NCBI GenBank assembly: GCA_900088475.1
Contig: FLMG01000261.1
Span: forward strand, 124,001-188,000
DNA length: 64,000 nucleotides
Source of the DNA: Hyphochytrium catenoides
Lineage: Eukaryota; Protista; Hyphochytriomycota
Direction of reading: 5' to 3'
Shown here piece by piece: positions 53,101 to 64,000 of the stretch. Under the pieces are notes generated by a model that was not told the origin of the DNA, made no database searches, and was given only the letters and a program-made list of their open reading frames with translations. The position numbers and the translations under genes are program-made. Position 1 is the first letter of the stretch; every line of letters starts with the position of its first letter.

Positions 53101-56100
53101 TGAGAAATCAGTCCTTCACCTGTGTATGGGTGCAATTCTCCTCGCCGTAGCAGTTGAGATTCCCGTCATTGGCGTACAATGCCTTTCAGGATGCAGGTGG
53201 AAAGTGTCAGGAACAACATGGAACATCGCATGCGGACGAGACGAACTAGGGAACAATAGACGCTGCGCTATTAACTATCCTTAAGTCACATATAATGAAC
53301 AGAGGATGAAAACATTCTTGGCCAAAGAGAGCTCTAGCCGTACTTCTCTCTTGTTATAGACCGAGCTCTGATACGCCGGGCGACGGAGCGCAATGTTCGC
53401 TGGGGAAATGTGCAGGCATCTCACCAAACGCGGAAAAGGGATAAAACGCTCGGCGAGAGGATGTCCGCAACAGCTTAAGAAAGTATTAGTGTACGTTGCG
53501 TTAAAAGGAGAGACGCTCTGACACAGAGGGAGATGGAAAGACGCCAACTCATGGTAGAGAGATACCAGCAAATACAAATTGGAAGAAGGAAACGACTTGT
53601 AGAAGTACAAGAGAAGGAGGACAAGGGTGAGAAGAAAGAGATAGGGAGGAAGTAGCCTGGGCGTTTACCCATTATCGTTTGTTCCCCACGTGTACAGCTC
53701 ACCCTCTTGAGTGAGGACGGCGGTGTGACTGGTCCCACAGCTTACTTGAGTCCCACACTGTTGAGAAAAAATGTAGATAGGTAGAGGTCGATTGAGCAAA
53801 GAGTGGAGGTTACTAAGAGTGAACAGTGACAAGACAGAAAGAAAATTATATTGCTTCTTCCATGGAAGAAGCTATGGAAGCGTTGGAAAGAGACAGAGAG
53901 AGAAAAGGAAGAGATGAGCTAGCCCAAGGCGACCCGATCCACATAAGGTGTCAAGTGCCCTTTCCTTACCTTCCCCAGTTTGGATAAAATCGCTATCTCC
54001 GTGAATACAGGGCAGAAGACACCTACAGCACCAGGAAGGTAACTATGTTAGAGCAAGACAGCCTTGAATGCTAGGCTAGATCTACGCAATCCATTCAAGC
54101 TAACATGAAGAGGTCAGGAACAGCAGCGGCCCGCTAAAAAGAGAACAACTATGGCTAGTTTTTTACAGTATCGGCATGATCGATACACAAAGATGGATGA
54201 CAAGTGCAGACATCAGCTCCCTCGTGCTTGAGACAACCTAGAGCTTGTGCAGTCCCTGCCACGTAAACCTTTCCTCCGACGAACACCTCATCATCGTTGG
54301 CGTTACTTCTGTCTCTTCTTCCTCCGTTCGTTTGTCCTTCTTTCCTTTCAACCACCGTCACGACTGCCGAATGATAGCCACCACAAGAAACCTTAAAATT
54401 GAGAGGTGGCCACAAAGTGATGACCGGAGAGAGTGCGCGTGAAGGATTGAGTTGATGAGTAAGAGAGAGTCAGAGAGAGAACTTGAGTGAGTGGTGAGTG
54501 GAGGAAGTGAGGGAAGAGGTGCATAGGAGACAACGTAGTGGGCGTCTACACTCTTAAGACAAACAACAGGATAAGCTACTGTTTAAGATAGGGAAGAGGA
54601 AGATGACTGGAGGGTTTGCGAGGGCCCACCTGCCACACTCTTTCATGAGTCAACCCTTGAACTAGAGTCGGCCTGAATAGAGTTCTAGAACGACCCTGGG
54701 AGGGGAGAAGAAGGCTCTCTTTCCTCTTGTCGTCGTCACCGAGGCCCAACCTGCCGCCATCGTTACTACCCCATACCCAGAGCTGACCAGTGATCGAGAC
54801 GGCAGCTGAGTGAGAGAACCCGCAGGAGACCTACTGCGACGGGAGGACGTAACACCGTTGTTGGTCAAGATATTCTTTATCGTTTTCAGCATTGAGATAA
54901 GCGATGGCCAAATAGGTCCGGCACATACGGCAGGTAGAAAACCGCATGATAAGAAAGGACGAAGCGGATTCCTGAAAGGACCTAGAAGAGGACTGCAGTC
55001 TCACAGTGAACAGGTCAAGAAAAACGGGAGAAGGATGAAAAATTCTCCCTTCACTTCCTTATACAAGTATTGGCTTGCCTGTCTTATCTTGACTATCTCC
55101 GAGAAAGCGATTGGAAGAGGTTGGGAAGTGAACCATTCGTCGACTCCTTCTTCTTCCTCTCCTTCAACTTTGCCTTCATCTACCATCGTTCTGTCAAGAC
55201 CATGAGCCCAAGGATCTACCCCTAGCTTTCCGCCTCCTCCTGACCCCCAGGCATAGAGTGTGCCATCAAAGGTCACGGCTGCACTATGAGAGTGGCCTAA
55301 TGAAGAGCAACGGAGAGTGATGGCCATGAATTGGTGGGCGCTATCGTGAGACAAAGGAGAAGGTTGAGTCAAGAGATGTGAAGAGAAAATAACGAGAACA
55401 AGAGCAAAAAAGGAAAGACCAAGGGCATGACAGAAAAAAGCGACTTGAAGTCAACAAGCGCAGAGGAAAGACGCTCTCTGCTGACCGCAATCAACTTGGG
55501 CTATCCTTTCTCGCGCAAAAGCTCTTATCTTCTCGGGTCTTCCTCTATCAAGACCTGCAGTACTCTCCTCTCCATGGCCCAGACGGCCAACAAGACCTAG
55601 ACCCCAAGAGTACACTTGACTAGAACCACAGGTCAGAATGGCACAAGCAACAACGATGCAGAAAAAGCAACAACGATGCAGAAAAAGGTGGGGAGAGAGG
55701 GGGAAAGCAGGCAGAGAGGAGGCAAGTAACGATAGAACGACGTCACTAGAAACTGGCCTACGTGTCAAATAGTTGCCTGATTTGGGGGATAGTAGACTGA
55801 GGGACGGTTTGAGACGTTAGACAAGGAGTCTCCGAGGGGGACACACATACCCTGAACGATGTAAAGCACACGCGTGGTACGAACCCACAGCTACCTGTAG
55901 AGCAAGTGCGGAGAATCAACAAAATAAGAGATAGTGAAGGGAAGGAAAGCAAGAAGAAGCAAAACATACACGTTGTAGAAGGAAGGACAGTTCTCATAGC
56001 ACCGCCGTCGTAGTAGCTAGATGAAAAAAGGTAATAGCCACTCCCCTAAAGCAAGGCCCAATGCAGGAGGACAGGTGAGGCCAAGCCTTCAGAGCATCTT

Positions 56101-59100
56101 CCTCGGTGGCACCTGAACAATGCTGCTGCTTCCCGACATGTGTTTGATAGCAGAGCCTCTCGGGGTAATTCCACTCGTGTCAACAGAAACCTCCCTCTTC
56201 TGTTTCTCTCGCCCTTTCTCGGTCCCGTCTTTGCTGGTACTATTGTTATTGCTGGGCATATCCTATACGGTAAGAAGGTAATAGAACAGTTTCCGCTCGA
56301 TCAGAAGAAGCAAGGCAAACCAGCACACAGAGGCAGCAAAAGCGGGTGCTAGAAAGAAGAGAAAGCCTAGTCTAAGGCAGTGTGGTTTGACACTGAGAGA
56401 CAAGATTGACGGAAGGGCGAAAGGCACATTAGTGAACGCCAGATTCTGGCAGGACAAGGGACAAGCGATGCGAGTGGCGAGTCATCTGCAGTTTTTACCT
56501 CTCTCTTTATCTTTTTCTCTCTTTGTTGCCTCTTGAAGTCCGCTTCGACCTGCTTCAAGGCCTGAAGTCTTTCCTGCTGTTTTTGTAGCTTTTCCTCTTC
56601 GAGGTTAAGAACTATGAGTCAAAAAATGCTGTCCGCTCTTTCACCTCCCTCAAGACTCGACTATCCTCTGAGCATTCCTTATTGGCGCTTCATTCTTCTC
56701 CTTGTCTTTGTCTCTGCTCCTGCTCCTGCGCTCTCCCTCTCGTTCTTCTTCTCCTATTCGCTTCTTCCCTGCCCTGTACCACTACTGAGGACCCCTTTCT
56801 TCAAGGATAGGACGATTACTGCTAGTCTTTCCTGCTGTACGTCCCCAAAGGCTACTCTATTGTTTGCTCATTTCCTTTTTTATAGCCGTGACTGACCTAG
56901 GAACTCTGCGTGCTTCTGCCTCGACAGCTCCCCCCAGTATTTCATGAAGAACTTCCGGTGCCTAAGGAAAGGAGAGGAGAATGAAGGAGAAAGAAGGACA
57001 TCTGTACAAAGACAAACTGGTGGACGATCATCCCTTCATGGCCCCGAAGAAAAGCGTGAAAATAAGGAGAGGTGAAGGAGGGAACTTTTAAGACCATAGA
57101 GAAGCGATAGGGAGGATCGCATAGAGTCACTACGAATGGTAAGACCGGAAAGCCGGTCTTTTTGCTTCGATTCCTCGGCTTACCCCTCCCTGTCATCCTT
57201 TAGGTGCTGCTGTCTTCTCTCCTTGATGCCTTTCTCTCTCTCCTTGAACTCCTTATGCAATTCTGGGCCTAGGAAATCTAGCTCAAGGGCGAAGAGATCC
57301 TCAAGAAGCTGCAGAAGGAAGAGACGGGACTTGGAGCGGCAGTCGAAGCCGCGCATCTGAAGTAGAAGAAGAACCTCTTGGTCAGCGAGCCAACTAATGC
57401 CCAAACTGCAATGTAAGGTTAAGAAGAATAAAAACGTGGCTTTGTGAAGAGAGGGAGTCGTAGCGATAGAAAGGAGAGTAGACAGAAGAGCAGCATTAAA
57501 ATGTTACCATTGCCGAGAGATTGAGGTCATCCTTGGTTATGAGCGGGTAGAATTTGTTCTTAACGTAGTCCTCCATCGAGAAAGAGCGTTGTCTTTGCTG
57601 GGCTAAAGACGGACTTTCCCACTTATCATAGTACTCAGCCACGGTTCGAGACCTGGAGACCGGAGAATCCCGGGGAGAAGAGGTGTAGCACGAACGGTTA
57701 CACAGCTGTCCCGGGATGAGATGTCTACTATTTCTTGGCTATTGATGGCCACTTGGTGGAAAAGAGATAGAATTCATGGCCCTAGAGCGGACAGCGGAAA
57801 GATTGGACGGAGGCAGCGTGACAGAGGGAGTAGAGCTCTGATAACACGGACTGAATAGAGAAAGAGGAGAAGAGATGGAGATATTGATGTGCTTACTTGG
57901 AGGCTGGCGCCTTGCTGGATGCCATGCTGAAGGCACTCCCCAGCCTTCTGAGGCTTAGGGCGCTTCCCACCCTTCCTTCTTCCTCCACCTCTTCATCTTT
58001 CTCCTTTTCCTCATGAGCAGCCAATGCAAATGAGCGACCTCCGCTAGATCCTCCTCTTTCTCCGGCCTCCCCAACGGCGCCTCTTGGCATCATCTTCATC
58101 AGTCTAGAGCGCTCCGTCAGTGGACCTCCTTCCCCTACAATTTCACGGGACGCTGAGCAGACGGGAGCACAGTGAGAGATAGTGTGGGCAGAAGGGGAGA
58201 ATAGGAGACGGCGTCGCAAACATGGGTGGGGAAAGGTGAGAGAGAAACGCTTTATCAGGATGATAAGAAAGGACAGATATCAGGGTTTGTTCACCCAAAC
58301 ACAAAGCAAGGTTCACTCTTCGCTTTGCCCTTCTCCATTCTCACTTGGACCGGTTTTCAATCTCTCTCCACCCAGATCTCTCTCCTCATGTTATATGACA
58401 TCACCTTCTACTTCAGTTCCTCTCCTCACTAGATTTTCTCTTCTCTCTACTATTTTTTTTTCTCTAGTCTACTACAAAGTCGTCATACCTGGGCGCAGGA
58501 ACTTTAGCTTCCTCTTTGCTGACTGCATGTCCTCCTGATGGGCAGTGTCAGCGGTCCCCGGCCGCTCTCCAATGTTGACCTTCCCCTTTTCTTCACGTTT
58601 TCCTTTTCTCTTCTGAAACCCTTCCTCCATTGCCTCTATAATTTGCTCTTCCCAGTGGTGCTTCTCTCGCCCTCCCCAAGAGTAAAGTTCTCCCAGGGAT
58701 GAGAGGGCGTAGGCCACTCTCCTTCCCCCTCTGACCTCTCTGATCCCTTGGCCCCATAGCCACACGCTGTGGGTTGCTACCGCCAGACCAGCAAAAGCCC
58801 TATATCGCGGGTCTACTTCTAAAATTTCTGCCAGATGCTCCTCTTCTTCCTCTCTCCTCCTGCGAAGTTCCTCTTCCTCTTTCTCTCCTCTACGTCGCTT
58901 TTCTTCCCTTTCTAGCTCATACTTCCTCTGTTTCTTTGCAAAGAAGCGCTCGGCAGTGACGCTGCCTCTCTTAATGACATCCGAGAGTTCCCCCACTTTC
59001 TCTTTTCCAACCGTCTTTGCTTCTGCCATTACCGTTCGAGCTTTGAGTTGAGCCTTTTGTGCTTCATACTCTGCAAGGGAGAATTGACATGTCATCGTTA

Positions 59101-62100
59101 GTCAGAAAAGGAAAGGAAACAAATAAAGGACAGTGGCGACGATAGATTTTAGGGGGATCCATAGGAGCAGATCACTGAGGAGAGAGCGCATCTTCAAGCT
59201 CCAAATGTCAGAAAAGGAGCGGCTGCGAGGGGTAAAGAAGGGAGGTTGAAGAAGAGTAGGAAAAAGGAAGAGAGCAACCAGATAAAAGTCAAGGAGAGGA
59301 GACGCTCACAAGAAGCACACGAAAGAGAAGAATAACGAGGCATCGCAATCGATGATTCTTCAGTGGCTACCTATCTTGTCCCCGTAGCTTTGGAAGCGAA
59401 GAGGACCACGTGACCGAAAAGACGCCATCTGCCGAAGTTGAGCCAAAGGACTCGACACATTTTCTCTGCCTCCAGGCGGGTTTATAATCTAGGGTTCACC
59501 CAGTCAGAGGTATCGCATTCATCTTTACTGTTCCTCATCAACCTTTCCTTCTCTTCTTGCTCCGTTCCTGCGATTCTCTCCTCACTTCTCTTCTGTTCTC
59601 TTCTGGTTAACTTTCTCTTATTTCTTATTTCGGTCTCTCCTTTTACTGATAGAGTGTGCTCTAGCCGCTTAAGCTTCGCGTTATTCCTTTTCTCGCCTTA
59701 TAACAGTACTGCGTGCTCTCCTCTCAAGTCACCTTGTTCTGGCTTCTCTCAACAAGGACGCGGCTTTCTCCCTCCTCTTACCTCACCCATCGCGTGCTGC
59801 ACTGCTTGACTCCCCTGATCGTCGGGCTGCGCCTGAGCTTTAGCCGATGAGATCGTGGTCCTATCTTCCTCTCTATGAAGCTCTTCTAGCGTCGGAAGAG
59901 CAACACGCTTGTCCCAAAGGTACTTCAGACGCTGTGAGCCGTACAGATCGGGACGGTCCCGGGGCTGAAGAGGACGATCAAGACAGCACGAAGTTCCGTT
60001 GGATCTCATTAAAAGAGGTTTTGACCAGATGTTCAAGAAATGATAGCGAAGAAGGAGGACTAGATGAGAGGCAGCGTAGGATGGAAAGCGAAGGCGGACG
60101 GACAAGAGTGGCTCCATTTACCGGGCCAATGAACTGATTATCTGTGCCATAGCCAAACACATAGACTTGTCCTCCCGCGTCCATAGCATTGTACAGCTCC
60201 TTCTGCAGAAACAAAGAAGAGATTCAAGACAATGGCGGACCGAATGGTGAGATAAAGGACAAACTAGAGAAAGAGCGGAGAGAACAGAGGAGGAAGGGCG
60301 AGACAGAGAAAGAGAGAGAAAGAGACGCACAGAGAGAGAGGTAGAGAGAGCGGGATTGAAAAAAGGTTGGTTTGCACGGATCTAGAGGACGCTGGAGATG
60401 ATTATCTCACCTCTGCTCTCGTCAGCGCGGCTTTGATATACTGCAAGCGACGCTGCCTAACAGAGCAAACTGAGAAGTAGATATTGAACATGATAGGGAT
60501 AGTTCACCTGGGAGAGAAGAAGAAGAGAGCGAAGGAGGAGACAAAGAGGGAGAAGAGGAGAGAAAAGAGGAAGAGAGGAGACGACAGAAAACAGAGAGAG
60601 AGGACGAGCGGCCCGGCAGAAACATAGGGACGAGCGAATAGAATAGCAGTAGAGAAATAAAGGATGTAAGGGCCGAGTTAGCTGCGGAGTCTATCACCTC
60701 TCCTCGTGCCAGTTGGTGAGCCATTTCGCTTCCTGCAACGCCTTGTCCTCTTCTTCATGCTCCACGTCAAGCGCCTCCTGCAAGAGCTGTACAAGCCTTT
60801 CGTGCGGAGTAAAGCGAGAGAAGGCGATATCCCGCTTCTTCAGCTCTTCAGGAACGTTTGTGAGCTAGAGGAGGCAGAAGAGTAGCATCTTGGTTGTAAG
60901 CGGAAAGGAGAGGTAATGTACTAGTACTAAGAGCTCATCTGACGTTCCCTCTCTGTATCATCTCTTTCTTTCACACTTCTTCCTTCTTCTTTCAACGAAC
61001 TCTCTCTCGTCTTTGGTCTGCTAATCAAGGGTCTCTTCATACCTGCAGCCAAAGCTTCTGAAAGCTTTTGAAGTTGATGTATCCAGTGCCGTCCTAAGCA
61101 ATGAGCAACATCAGTCAGTCAGTAGACAAGAGAATGTTAAAGGTAGTGGGATGAAAGTAGAGGAAACAGAAACTCCACCAAGGAGGGAAAGCTAGAGAGA
61201 AAGAGGCAATATGGGGAGAGGTGTGGAGATAACGCAGTAGAAGAGAAGGTGAAGAAGAATAGCGGATGGAGACTTAGTGTGGGAAGCACAATCGATAGAA
61301 TTCCTGCTTTGGTATGGTTCATATGACGTAAGTGAAGAGAGCAAGATAGAGAGAGAGGGAGGGAGAGAAAGGAGAGAACGAACAAAATAGAGTTAGATAT
61401 CCGTACCGGATCGTAGCGATTGAACAGCTCTTCCTGCTGTTCGTCACTCACTTTGAGCCCAAGGCCCTCAAGCACCTCTGATGAGATATACAATAAGAGT
61501 TAGCACGAGAGCATAAGTAACATGGAGGAACAGGACCAAGGGACTTTGTTCTATCTTTGCTGATTGAGTGACGAATGCCAATAGCTCTCCTTCTTTTCGC
61601 TCTTCCTCCTCATGGCTGAGACTCCCTCCTGTTAATCCCACCCTCACATTTTCCTGCAGCGACTCTCTCTCTCTCCTAGTATTCCGTTGATTTTAGCACG
61701 TGGTCACTTCAGCTCACCTGCAAACTCATCTTCGTCCAGCCTTCCACTGCCGTCTCTGTCATACATATCAAAGGCATCTTTAGGATGAATGAGCTTGTTC
61801 GGACTGAAGCCTAAGATGTGATCTGGGTCCTGTGGGTCTGTCGTGTACAGCGCAACACGGAACTCTGCAAAGTCAATTTGCCCTGGGGAGAGAGCGAGCC
61901 AGGAGGCAAGAGAGAGAAAGTTGTCATGGGAAAGACCTTGGTGGAGAAGAGTAGGGTCAAGGAGAGGAGACAGCAAAGAGACAAAAGATTGAAGTAGAGC
62001 TACGAATGGAGAGAGAGACAAAGAGCAATGAGTGAGGGGGAGTGAGAGAGGGGAAGCAAGAGAGCGGTAAACCCAGGAGAGAGCTCGAGGGAGACACGGA

Positions 62101-62818
62101 TGATCCATTTCAGTGTACCATCGTTGTTCTGGTCGCACTGCCTAAAGTATTTGAACATCTTTGGCTCCGCAAGCTCGATGCCGAAAGCAAATAGTAGCTG
62201 CTTGAACTCATCGTAGGAGATGCGGCCGCTCTTGTCAACGTTGAAGTGAGAGAAGAGCTGTGGACGGACAGCAGAGACGGTCAGGAGGCGCAGAAGAGAG
62301 ACAAGAACAAAAGACGTGTAGCAAAAAATAAAAAGGATAGAGCGTTTCTCAAGAACATCGCGATAGATTACGTCCCCCTGAGGAGGAGGAATGAAGACTA
62401 GCAACGACGCCAACAAGGTACCGTGTTGCAAGAACGGAGTGAGAGCAGAAAAGAGAGAGCGTAGTCATCTTTTCGAAAGATATGTGTTTGGAGGGAGCAG
62501 ATGAATGGGATTACCTCGTGAGCAGAGAACTGACTATAGTCTGTCCTTTTCTTCTTAGAACCAACTGAGAGGTCTCCGCTGTCTTGCCGTCTTGCTCTTT
62601 CTAGCTCCAGGAGCTCAGGGGGAAGTACTTTCTCAACGGAGAACTCAGGCTTCTTTTTTCTCTTCTTATTCTTCCTTGTCTTCACCTTTCGCCCGCCCTC
62701 CTCAAGCTCCTCCTCCTCCTCCTCTTCTTGTTCATCTTCTCGTCCTTTTTCATCTTTTTCTGGGCTTTCCAGAGCTTTCTCAGCCTTGTCATTGCCCTTA
62801 TCTTCCACTTTCGCTGCC
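50141..62818 (-). CDS. EF-hand + coiled-coil + RCC1-repeat protein with inserted F-type lectin domain and C-terminal Cys cluster (5' end unresolved)
   Basis: EF-hands NVDKSGRISYDE, DQNNDG|QIDFAE, DRDGSGRLDEDE, DP|DGTGYINFK (62260-61040). RCC1 repeats GQVYVFGYG, GELYSWGG, VYSWGLGLVGRLGHG...IAQVDCG|HSHSAAVTFDGTLYAWGSGGGGKLG, VSCGSHSAAVSITGQLWVWGSNDGGRLG, VSCGGYHSAV, VSCGTSHTAVLTQEGELYTWGTNDNG. F-lectin motifs at 53400-51501. The first exon was not identified. Confidence 0.85.
55647..55686. repeat. Intronic 20-bp tandem repeat, two copies
   Basis: gcaacaacgatgcagaaaaa repeated twice. Confidence 0.85.
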
Positions 62819-64000
62819 TATTAATGGCCAGTAGCAAGAAATCAGAAAAATCCATGAATTAGGCGGACAGAGAGGAATAGAGACGAAAAAGAAAGGGAAG
62901 GAAAGGGCTTGAACAAAGGTTCCAAGACAGGCAGACAGCGGGGAGGAGGCCGGGGCATTGGCATGAAAGGACATATAGGTTAGAGGCAGCAGGCTGCAGA
63001 AGTAGGGACGGAGCTACTTAAGGAGACAGAGAAACACTGAGCGGTCCTCGAGGTTCTGGAGGCGTTCTCAACCTTCAATATAAAGTTCATGGTACAATGG
63101 CTAGTGACCCATTGCCATTGGCATGAAAGCACAATCAGAAAGTTGAGCTAGGCTGGAGTCTCTTTTGTTGGTCGAGGAGAAGCAGGGAAGAAACGATGCT
63201 AAGAAGGAGGACTTCCTCCTAGAAAAGCAGAGCTTCAGACGCGATCCAAGTGATGTCTCTAAGAACGAGAGGCACCGAACGAGCGAACAGAGACAGCACC
63301 CCCAAGAGCGAGAGCTGAGAGCCCAGGAGAGAGACGAGACAGAGGACGATAGAGAGTAAATGAAAAGAGAGATAGAAAGAGGAGAGATGACGGCCATAAA
63401 TAGAGGAGAAAGAGCAAACGGAGCGAGCCAGAGTGCTGAGGACCCAGTGAACTGGCAGAGGTGACTAACAATCGAGAGAAGAAAGAGAGCGGGAGAGACA
63501 GAGTGCGTGAGAGAGCAGAGAGGAGGTTAGTCGTCAAAGGTCAAAGCAGACAAGAGAGAGACCAAAGAGAGAAGGGGGTTGGGGGGGGGGGAAGAGAGAA
63601 GACCCTTTCCCTAAGATAAACGCAGTGACCAGAGAGGAGACAAGACATCAAAAGGACATTCTGAAACGGTCTTGGACTACGTCTGATAATCACTTCCCAG
63701 ATCTAATTGATCACTAGACTGTCGGTTGTAACGGTAGAGCGTACTAATTGTCGCCAAGAGGTAATTCCTGTGTAGAAAGCGCACCTTCATGGGCGCAATG
63801 CGCACAACAAGAGTAGCGCCAAAATCTGGAATGGATTGCTGTCTCTGTAGAACTAGAGCTCCAGAATTTCCTGATAAAGCTCCAAAATGCAGACTCTATA
63901 ACGATGACAACGGACCTTTGGAGCTTCCTCCGAGGCATTTGCAGATATTCTTCGGCAGTGCTGATCAGATACAGAGACATAGAACAAGATAGAACTAACC

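Noticed and set aside
63101-63992. Short ORFs at the right edge
   Set aside because: GA-rich low complexity with no motifs. The region may hold the unresolved first exon of the EF-hand/RCC1 gene, but I cannot support a call.
1-64000. CRISPR arrays, rRNA/tRNA genes, intact transposons, alternative genetic code
   Set aside because: I saw no regularly spaced repeats, RNA gene signatures or transposase/RT motifs. The conserved genes I spliced read through with the standard code. Small ncRNAs cannot be excluded without a covariance-model search.

Overview
Gene-dense, intron-rich eukaryotic DNA with short GT-AG introns and two N gaps. Gene content suggests a stramenopile-type protist (inference only). 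Manual splicing supports nine protein-coding genes: (1) an orphan tail-anchored protein; (2) a kinase with a mitochondrial-type presequence, EF-hands and two cNMP-binding domains; (3) nicotinate phosphoribosyltransferase; (4) an AGC-type kinase with an N-terminal SnoaL/NTF2-like domain; (5) a large protein with about 20 IQ motifs, B-box fingers and WW domains that carries a degenerate GIY-YIG homing-endonuclease-like domain split over three exons; (6) a long coiled-coil protein; (7) dolichol kinase; (8) a multi-pass calcineurin-like metallophosphoesterase; (9) an EF-hand/RCC1 protein with an F-type lectin domain inserted inside one RCC1 repeat. The most notable features, the GIY-YIG-like domain and the F-type lectin insert, are only visible after splicing. 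I recognised no RNA genes, CRISPR arrays or intact transposons. Exon boundaries were inferred by eye and gene starts are approximate.
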